Shown here: positions 57,221 to 64,000 of the stretch, piece after piece
How positions within the stretch are numbered: the stretch's first letter is position 1
Layout of the letters: each line of letters opens with the position of its first letter
Virus record (IMG/VR): IMGVR_UViG_646564589_000005
Strand: one strand, 5' to 3'
From: a virus
DNA: 64,000 bases
Made by a program: the position numbers and the translations under genes
The notes under the pieces: model-generated
Databases searched by the model: none
What the model was told of the DNA's origin: nothing
What the model saw: only the letters and a program-made list of their open reading frames with translations

Positions 57221-58452
57221 TGTTTTTTCCCGGACTGTTTCGTAAATCTGCCGACCCGCTGACTTCCCGTGAGTTAAGTGAGCTGATTGGCTTGTCTTAT
57301 GACACCTACAGCGGGAGGCGAGTCAGCCCACAGTTAGCCATGCAGTTAACTGCGGTGTTCAGTTGTGTGCGGGTGCTGGCGGAATCCGTCGGTATGCTGC
57401 CCTGTTTGCTGTATGAACAATTAGAACGTGGCAATCGGCGCGCCGTTAACGAGCGGCTGCATAAGCTGCTGTCGGTCAACCCCAATCACTACATGACCCC
57501 ACAGGAATTCTGGGAGTTGCTGATTGCCTGCCTGTGCCTGCGGGGCAATTTCTACGCTTACAAAGTCAAAGCATTGGGGGAAGTGGTGGAGCTGCTGCCC
57601 CTCGATCCGGGCAGTGTGACGGCGAAACTCAATCACGACTGGCAACCTGAGTATCAAATCACCTTCCCGAATGGAGAAAGCAGGACGCTGATGCAGGATG
57701 AACTCTGGCATGTGCGAATTTTTACACTGGATGGCCTGACCGGGTTAAGTCCCATCACCTATGCCCGGCAAGCCATCGGGCTGGGATTGGCGACCGAAGA
57801 GCACGGTTCACGGTTATTTGGCAACGGTGCTGTCACCAGTGGCGTATTGCAAACAGATCAGGCACTGAAAGACGAGGCGTATCAGCGGTTGAAAATGGAT
57901 TTTGAAGCCCGCCATCAGGGGCTGGTTAATGCCCATAAGCCGATGATCCTGGAAATGGGGCTGAAATGGCATCAAATCAGCCTGTCCGCTGAAGATGCGC
58001 AGTTTCTGGAAACCCGTAAGTTTCAGCTTGAGGAAATCTGCCGCATCTTCCGGGTGCCGTTGCATATGGTACAGAACACCGACCGTGCCACCTTTAACAA
58101 TATCGAAAATCTGGGGATCGGCTTTATCAACTACTCGCTGGTGCCTTATCTCACCCGGATTGAACAGCGGATTAATGCTGGTCTGGTCAATTCCAATAAA
58201 CAGGGGCGGTTCTACGCCAAATTTAATACCGGCGCGTTGCTGCGCGGGGATATGAAATCCCGCTTTGAAGCCTACGCCACCGGCATTAACTGGGGGATTT
58301 ACGCGCCGAACGAATGCCGGGAGCTGGAAGAACTCAACCCCCGCGAGGGCGGTGATATTTATCTCACACCGATGAACATGACCACGAAACCTGAACAAGT
58401 CCCGAAAAAAGAGGAAGAACGCCATGCCGATGATGACCAAACAACGGCTTGA
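57220..58452 (+). CDS. HK97-family portal protein
   Basis: AVFSCVRVLAE, DAQFLETRKF, PNE.R..E.L.P. Confidence 0.95.
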   Translation: MFFPGLFRKSADPLTSRELSELIGLSYDTYSGRRVSPQLAMQLTAVFSCVRVLAESVGMLPCLLYEQLERGNRRAVNERLHKLLSVNPNHYMTPQEFWELLIACLCLRGNFYAYKVKALGEVVELLPLDPGSVTAKLNHDWQPEYQITFPNGESRTLMQDELWHVRIFTLDGLTGLSPITYARQAIGLGLATEEHGSRLFGNGAVTSGVLQTDQALKDEAYQRLKMDFEARHQGLVNAHKPMILEMGLKWHQISLSAEDAQFLETRKFQLEEICRIFRVPLHMVQNTDRATFNNIENLGIGFINYSLVPYLTRIEQRINAGLVNSNKQGRFYAKFNTGALLRGDMKSRFEAYATGINWGIYAPNECRELEELNPREGGDIYLTPMNMTTKPEQVPKKEEERHADDDQTTA

Positions 58453-59080
58453 TATGCCCCTGAAAATTAAATCTGTCAGTGATTCCGGCGAGTTTGAAGG
58501 GTATGGCTCAGTATTCGGACTGAAAGACAGTACCGACGATATCGTTTTACCCGGTGCGTTTGCCAATACGCTGAAACAATGGGGCGAAAAAGGCAGCTTA
58601 CCGGCCTTGCTCTGGCAGCACCGGATGGATGAACCCATCGGTATCTATACCGAAATGAAAGAAGACGAAACCGGGCTGTATCTCAAAGGACGGCTGCTGA
58701 TTGAGGATGACCCACTGGCAAGACGGGCACATGCCCATATGAAAGCGGGTTCACTCTCCGGCCTGTCTATCGGTTATGTGCTGAAAGACGGGGAGTATGA
58801 CCGGACCAAAGCGGCTTTTTTACTGAAAGATCTCGATTTATGGGAAGTGAGTCTGGTGACCTTTCCTGCCAACGATGATGCCCGGGTCAGCAACGTCAAA
58901 TCAGCCTTGGCGCGTGGTGATATTCCCACCTCTGATTGCATCGAGCGGGTGCTGCGCGATATCGGTCTTTCCCGTACACAGGCCAAGTCTTTTATGTCAG
59001 CGGGTTACAGTGCGCTCTCCTTGCAGGACGCAGAAGCCGCCAACGCATTAACCGCACTGAAATCATTACATTTTAACTAA
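58424..59080 (+). CDS. HK97-family prohead protease
   Basis: LLWQH, GLSIGY, EVSLVTFPAN. Confidence 0.95.
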   Translation: MPMMTKQRLDMPLKIKSVSDSGEFEGYGSVFGLKDSTDDIVLPGAFANTLKQWGEKGSLPALLWQHRMDEPIGIYTEMKEDETGLYLKGRLLIEDDPLARRAHAHMKAGSLSGLSIGYVLKDGEYDRTKAAFLLKDLDLWEVSLVTFPANDDARVSNVKSALARGDIPTSDCIERVLRDIGLSRTQAKSFMSAGYSALSLQDAEAANALTALKSLHFN

Positions 59081-59092
59081 CCGGAGTTTTTT

Positions 59093-60304
59093 ATGGCTAT
59101 TGAAGTCAAAGATGTACAGCAGGTTGCGCAGGAAATTCAGCAGCGTTTCGACGAATTTCGGCAGAAAAACGACCAGCGCATTGAGGCGATTGAGGCGGAA
59201 AAAGGCAAACTGGCCGGGCAGGTGGAAACCCTGAACGGCAGGCTGTCTGAGCTGGATGCCCTGAAAACCGCACTGGAAGAGGAGCTGGCCGGGCTGAAAC
59301 GTCCGGCGGGGGGCAGCAATAACAAAGCCGTGAATGAGCATAAAACGGCGTTTGCCCAGTTTATCCGCAAGGGACGGGAAGACGGACTGGCCGAGCTGGA
59401 ACAAAAAGCCATGCAGACCACGGCTGATCCGGAAGGGGGCTATGCCGTACCGGAAGAACTGGATCGCAGCATCATCAGTGCTCTGAAAGACGAGGTGGTG
59501 ATGCGTGCTGAATGTCATGTGGTGTCCGTCGGTAATCCCAACTTTAAGCGGTTGATCAATCAGGGTGGCACCAACAGTGGCTGGGTCGGCGAAACCGATG
59601 AACGCCCGGAAACGAAAACACCGAAGCTGACGCCCATCGAACCAACATGGGGTGAGATTTACGGTAATCCCGCCGCCACCCAGACCATGCTGGATGATGC
59701 CTTTTTCGATGTGGAAGCCTTTATCTCGTCTGAACTGACACAGGAATTTGCTGAACAGGAGGAAAATGCTTTTACCCACGGTGACGGTAAAAATAAACCG
59801 AAAGGCTTGCTGGCCTATGGCAGTGATGCGCAGGAAGATAAGGATCGCAAATGGGGGACGTTGCAGCACCGATTGCTGAAAAAGCCGACCACAGTCACGG
59901 CCGACGACATCATGCAGTTGATCTACACCCTGCGCAAGCCGTACCGCACAGGAGCGAAGTTTATGATGAACAACAACATGTTGTTTCAGGTGCGTACCCT
60001 GAAAGACAGCCAGGGCAATTATCTGTGGCAACCCGGTCTGCAACTGGGGCAACCCTCTGCGCTGCTGGGCTACGGTATTGCGGAAAACGAACAATTTGCG
60101 GATTTGGGGGCGGGTGCGGTGCCGGTGGCGTTCGGTAACTTTAAACGCTGCTACACCATTTTAGATCGCATGGGTGTGCGTATGCTGCGTGATCCTTACA
60201 CCCACAAGCCCTTTATTCACTTCTACACCACCAGGCGGGTTGGTTCCCTGCTGGTGGACAGCAACGCCGTGAAACTGCTGAAAGTAGCAGAAGATAAGGC
60301 GTAG
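59093..60304 (+). CDS. HK97-fold major capsid protein
   Basis: Delta-domain coiled coil; GGYAVPEEL; AFGNFK. Confidence 0.95.
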   Translation: MAIEVKDVQQVAQEIQQRFDEFRQKNDQRIEAIEAEKGKLAGQVETLNGRLSELDALKTALEEELAGLKRPAGGSNNKAVNEHKTAFAQFIRKGREDGLAELEQKAMQTTADPEGGYAVPEELDRSIISALKDEVVMRAECHVVSVGNPNFKRLINQGGTNSGWVGETDERPETKTPKLTPIEPTWGEIYGNPAATQTMLDDAFFDVEAFISSELTQEFAEQEENAFTHGDGKNKPKGLLAYGSDAQEDKDRKWGTLQHRLLKKPTTVTADDIMQLIYTLRKPYRTGAKFMMNNNMLFQVRTLKDSQGNYLWQPGLQLGQPSALLGYGIAENEQFADLGAGAVPVAFGNFKRCYTILDRMGVRMLRDPYTHKPFIHFYTTRRVGSLLVDSNAVKLLKVAEDKA

Positions 60305-60327
60305 TCACCGTATTATCAGGAGATGAC

Positions 60328-60630
60328 ATGCCTTTTCCCACACTTGAGCTGCTCCGGCAGCAGTGCCGTATCGACAGTGATAACCATACCGAAGATGATT
60401 TATTAGACAATTATGCGCGTGCGGCCATTAAACGGGTCGAAAATTATCTGAACCGCCGCCTGTATGAGCAGGCTGTGCCGGAGGGTGATCCGGATGGCCT
60501 GTTAGCAACCGACGATGTCACATTGGCGATTATGCTAGCGGTGGGTTACTGGTATGAAAATCGGGAGGCACAGACCTTACCCACTGGATTTAAAGCGTTG
60601 CTGGAACCCTACCGTTTTATTCCGCTATAG
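60328..60630 (+). CDS. Head-tail connector (gp6-like)
   Basis: AIMLAVGYWYENRE; LL.PYR. Confidence 0.9.
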   Translation: MPFPTLELLRQQCRIDSDNHTEDDLLDNYARAAIKRVENYLNRRLYEQAVPEGDPDGLLATDDVTLAIMLAVGYWYENREAQTLPTGFKALLEPYRFIPL

Positions 60631-60640
60631 GAGAATGCCG

Positions 60641-60967
60641 ATGAAAGCCGGCTCACTTCGCTATCGCATTAAACTGTTTCGCCCTGTCAAAAACCGTGAT
60701 GATCTGGGTGCTGAAATCATTGGGCGGGAATATGTCACTGAAACTTGGGCACGGGCGGAAGCCATGTCCAACCACAAAATCCGCACGGCGGATCAGCAAC
60801 ACGTGATCGAAGTGCAACAATTTACGGTCAGGCCAAGAAAGGACGTTGAACCTAACTGGTTGGTTGAACATCAGGGACGGCTATTTACCGTTCGCGCCGT
60901 AGACCGCAACCGCACCGACCGAGCCATTATTACCACGGAGGCGGATGTGCGTCATGATAGAACCTGA
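60641..60967 (+). CDS. Head closure protein
   Basis: M.AG.LR.RI motif. Confidence 0.88.
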   Translation: MKAGSLRYRIKLFRPVKNRDDLGAEIIGREYVTETWARAEAMSNHKIRTADQQHVIEVQQFTVRPRKDVEPNWLVEHQGRLFTVRAVDRNRTDRAIITTEADVRHDRT

Positions 60968-61340
60968 ACTTCAATCCGATTTAACGCGATTAACCGAACT
61001 GCCTGTCTATCCGCTGATACTGCCGTCCAGCGTGTTAGAGGGCGTGACCTACCAGCGTATCAGTGACGCGAAATTCAATTCTGGACTGGCGGCGACACAA
61101 CTCATTGAGGCTCGCTTTCAAATCAGTCTTATCCTGCATGACTATAAAAAAGCACTTAAGCTGGAAGGTAAAATTTGCTCAGCATGGGAGTCGGTGCAAC
61201 ACGGGTTTATCGGTCATTATCCGGTACAGGTCGTGACGCGCGGTGCACTGTACCAAAATGCAGAAGAACTGACGGAAAATCGCAAGCGTTACCGTATCAC
61301 ACGGGACTTTATCATCACTTACACGGAGCATCTGACATGA
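60954..61340 (+). CDS. Tail terminator (DUF3168-like)
   Basis: VYPL..P....VTYQRISD motif. Confidence 0.8.
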   Translation: MIEPELQSDLTRLTELPVYPLILPSSVLEGVTYQRISDAKFNSGLAATQLIEARFQISLILHDYKKALKLEGKICSAWESVQHGFIGHYPVQVVTRGALYQNAEELTENRKRYRITRDFIITYTEHLT

Positions 61341-61741
61341 TCACCGCAAAAACAACGGGATGGACGGAATTGGGGCACAAATTGCAGGCGCTGGACAGTG
61401 ATCTCCAGACTCAAATCCTGCGCAAAACCGGAAAAGTTGCCATGGAAATCGTCAAAGAAGATATGGAAGCCCATGCCGGCTATGACCGAAAAAGTGAGGG
61501 TCCCCATATGCGGGATGCCATCCAGATCCGTTCGACAAAATCGAAAAAATACAAAGGCGGAGTAATTATCAAGGTTGGCCCGACAAAATCCCATCGCATA
61601 AAAGCATTGGCGCAGGAGATGGGCACGATTAAGCAGGTGCCAAAACCCTTTATCCGTCCGGCGCTGGATTACAACAAAACCACTGTTATTAAAGTGCTCG
61701 CGCAGGAAATCCGCGATGCTTTATCAGGGTACAGTCAATAG
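61337..61741 (+). CDS. HK97 gp10-family neck protein
   Basis: AQE.GT.KQ.P.PFIRPALD. Confidence 0.88.
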   Translation: MITAKTTGWTELGHKLQALDSDLQTQILRKTGKVAMEIVKEDMEAHAGYDRKSEGPHMRDAIQIRSTKSKKYKGGVIIKVGPTKSHRIKALAQEMGTIKQVPKPFIRPALDYNKTTVIKVLAQEIRDALSGYSQ

Positions 61742-61752
61742 GAGAACACATC

Positions 61753-62214
61753 ATGGCAACTTCACCCGAATACGCCGTACTGCCAGCGGGTACACTCGTG
61801 AAATTTGGCAAACCCGGCGACAGCGTGGAACAGATGAAACCGCTGATTAACTGCAAGGCATTGGGTGCCACTGGGCTAACGGGCAGTTTTGTCGACTGCA
61901 CCACCCTGATGGATACCAATAAACAGTTTATTTCCGATATGCCGGAGGGGCCGGAAAAATCCCTCGGCTTTATTGATGATCCGGAGAACTCCGATTTTGT
62001 TTCTTTCCTGAACGCGGCTGAAAAGCGCGACACGGTGCAATTTTACATCGCCCTGCCGAATAAGCGCACCGCGACAATGGTGCTGGCACTGTCCGGCTGG
62101 GAAATGAACGACATTAACGCCCCGGCGAGTGAAGTGATTCAAATCACCGTCAAGGGCAAACAAAACAACCTCGTCTGGGGTATCGCTGACACCAAAACAG
62201 GAGTGACCCAATGA
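61753..62214 (+). CDS. Major tail tube protein
   Basis: DCTTL.D..KQFISD.P motif; position. Confidence 0.88.
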   Translation: MATSPEYAVLPAGTLVKFGKPGDSVEQMKPLINCKALGATGLTGSFVDCTTLMDTNKQFISDMPEGPEKSLGFIDDPENSDFVSFLNAAEKRDTVQFYIALPNKRTATMVLALSGWEMNDINAPASEVIQITVKGKQNNLVWGIADTKTGVTQ

Positions 62215-62558
62215 AAACACTGAAAGCCGCCTTACTTACCCCGCGTCCACAGATTAAAGCGGTGGCGCTATTTGGCACCCAAATCAACCTGCGCCGGATG
62301 ACGGCACTGGAATTACTGGAACTGGAAGAAAAAGCGGAAACGTTAAGTGATGCCGGAAACGGGCGCGAGGCCTCCCGCCTGAATATCCAGATGGTGCTGG
62401 ATTGTCTGGTGGATGATAAGGGAAAACCCATTGATAAGGCTGACTTGCCCACCACCGATGAGTTAATGGCGATCCACGATAACGCCACCCTGATTGAAGC
62501 CATTCAGACCGTGAAGCGTCACGCCATCGGTACACTGGAGGAGGCCGAAAAAAACTGA
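62211..62558 (+). CDS. G: Tail assembly chaperone G
   Basis: Follows the tube gene; ends in a slippery site. Confidence 0.88.
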   Translation: MKTLKAALLTPRPQIKAVALFGTQINLRRMTALELLELEEKAETLSDAGNGREASRLNIQMVLDCLVDDKGKPIDKADLPTTDELMAIHDNATLIEAIQTVKRHAIGTLEEAEKN

Positions 62559-62773
62559 CCCACTCGTCGTGGCTGCATTTTGCTTTCACGTTAGCTGAAC
62601 AGCTCGGCGAAATTGATCCCTATCGCATCCTGTCTCTGCCCGCCGCCACGCTTAACGAATGGCAGGCCTATTACCGACTGAAAAACCGCAAACAGCCAGA
62701 CAATCCGTCTGTTTCGCCGCCCCTTGATACGGTTCAGCTCCAGTGTGAGGCTGTGATGAAATTATTAGGTTAA
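62549..62773 (+). CDS. T: T extension of G-T via -1 frameshift at A AAA AAC (62549-62555)
   Basis: -1 frame open (LAEQLGEIDP...LNEWQAYY) to TAA 62771-62773, 3 nt before the tape measure ATG. Confidence 0.88.
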   Translation, partial: KKLTHSSWLHFAFTLAEQLGEIDPYRILSLPAATLNEWQAYYRLKNRKQPDNPSVSPPLDTVQLQCEAVMKLLG

Positions 62774-62776
62774 TTT

Positions 62777-64000
62777 ATGGCTAATTTATCGACATTAACG
62801 GTCGGCTTGCTGGTCAATGCCACCGCATTTAAGTCCCAGATGATGGATGCCTATCGTTATGCCGGACGGGAGTCTGAACGTTTTAACGATAAATCGGTGG
62901 CAGATGCCAACAAGGTGAAAAAGAGCTATAGCTCTCTGGCATCACACATTAAATCTGTGTCCGGGCAACTGGCGTTACTGGCAGGAATGGGGTTTTCACT
63001 GAGCAGTATGATTTCCCATACCCGCCAATATGGTCAGGCATTGTCCGACCTGTCTGCCATTACGGGTGCCACGGGTGCGCAGTTAAAGAAACTGGATGAA
63101 ACCGCCCAGCAGTTAGGCCGAACCACCGAATTCGGGGCAACCGGTATTGCCAATGCCCTGAAATTAATGGCCTCCGCGAAACCGGAATTGCTGAAAAACA
63201 CGGCAGCGCTGACGCAGGCGACGGAAAAAGCGGTGATTCTGGCGCAGGCGTCCGGTATCGAATTACCTGAAGCCACCAAAGCACTGGCGTTATCGTTAAA
63301 TCAGTTTGGGGCCAGCGCTGCGCAGGCAGATCGTTATATCAACGTACTGGCCGCCGGCGCAAAATACGGTTCGTCGGAAATTAACGAAACGGCGCAGGCG
63401 ATTAAAAATGGCGGAACGGTCGCGGCACAGGCCGCGATAAGCTTTGAAGCACTGAATGCTGTGATCCAGATATTGGCGGCAGGCGGGATAAAAGGCGCAG
63501 AAGCCGGGACCGCGATCCGCAATATTATTCTGGCTCTGGAGAAATCCAACGACAAGAAACTCAAGCCTTCGGTGGTGGGGCTGGGATCAGCACTGGATCA
63601 CCTTAAAAGCAAAAACCTGTCCACAGCGGAAGCCGCGAAGCTGTTCGGGCGGGCGAATATCAGTGCCGCGTCTCAGTTGGTGGTGGGTCGTGGCAAGCTG
63701 GATGCGTTAACGCAGTCACTGACCGATACCCGGGTCGCCTATGATCAGGCATCTGAACGGGCGAATAACCTGAGCGCTGATCTGGATGTGTTAGCCAGTG
63801 CCTTTGAGGGAATGGCGATTAAAATCGGCCAGAACGCCGATGGTCCGTTGCGTAGCGGGGTACAAAATGCCACCAGCGCGATCAATGCGTTGTCCGAAAA
63901 CTTTAATCTGGTTGCCAGTGTGGCATTGCATACGTTAATTCCTGTGATGGCGACTAAGCTGACTGCGGGATTACGTGAAAATATTACGGCATGGCGCGCC
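62777..64000 (+). CDS. H: Tape measure protein (TP901-type core), truncated by the window edge
   Basis: Manual translation MANLSTLTVGLLVNA...; AGAKYGSSEI, AGTAIRNI motifs; not in ORF track. Confidence 0.92.
   Translation, partial: MANLSTLTVGLLVNATAFKSQMMDAYRYAGRESERFNDKSVADANKVKKSYSSLASHIKSVSGQLALLAGMGFSLSSMISHTRQYGQALSDLSAITGATGAQLKKLDETAQQLGRTTEFGATGIANALKLMASAKPELLKNTAALTQATEKAVILAQASGIELPEATKALALSLNQFGASAAQADRYINVLAAGAKYGSSEINETAQAIKNGGTVAAQAAISFEALNAVIQILAAGGIKGAEAGTAIRNIILALEKSNDKKLKPSVVGLGSALDHLKSKNLSTAEAAKLFGRANISAASQLVVGRGKLDALTQSLTDTRVAYDQASERANNLSADLDVLASAFEGMAIKIGQNADGPLRSGVQNATSAINALSENFNLVASVALHTLIPVMATKLTAGLRENITAWRA

Larger units (their letters stand above)
44581..64000. mobile_element. 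Prophage 2: compact lambdoid with HK97-type head, probably defective; right end outside window
   Basis: xis, cI, cro, rep, dnaC, dnaB, Q, lysis, HNH, terminase, portal, protease, MCP, tail. Confidence 0.93.

Noticed and set aside
57814-60094. Long minus-strand ORFs (274 and 342 aa) opposite portal, protease and capsid
   Set aside because: Antisense shadows of highly conserved genes; no RBS or motif
1-64000. CRISPR array, retron or rRNA
   Set aside because: No regularly spaced repeats with spacers, no RT motifs and no rRNA-like sequence; the repeats found are iterons, operators and att

Overview
No host housekeeping genes are visible. The window is two lambdoid prophages in tandem, probably from a Morganellaceae host such as Xenorhabdus or Photorhabdus; this is inferred from IS630 type, tail-fibre motifs and gene families, not proven. 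Prophage 1 (<1-44625) runs from the early-left operon through N, a two-gene cassette in the rexAB slot, cI/cro/cII, O-type replication with DnaB, nin genes and Q. It continues with a tRNA-Phe, a lysis cassette, morons (one split by IS630), a DUF1073-portal head and a lambda-like tail. Around the tape-measure gene it carries a large accessory block: a GNAT-like ORF, a C4-antisense-controlled antirepressor, Arc, and two paralogous soluble-protein/membrane-coiled-coil pairs. It ends at a 45-bp copy of the 3' half of tRNA-Arg(UCU). Prophage 2 (44581->64000) starts there with an AlpA-type excisionase but no integrase at this end. It has a minimal early region, a repressor with a degenerate S24 domain, replication genes, a Q gene with a nonsense mutation, an orphan DNA methyltransferase, higBA (HigB has a catalytic-site H54P change), a lysis cassette very similar to that of prophage 1, and an HK97-type head with a siphoviral tail running off the window. 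The most interesting leads are: the paired dual-start membrane coiled-coil modules, one preceded by a LexA-like box; the rexAB-slot gene pair as a defence candidate; a GNAT-like gene whose promoter carries an apparent remote CI operator; a complete C4 antisense switch; an unusual N/boxB pair; and a variant phage tRNA-Phe. All family assignments are by motif recognition; no database search was run.
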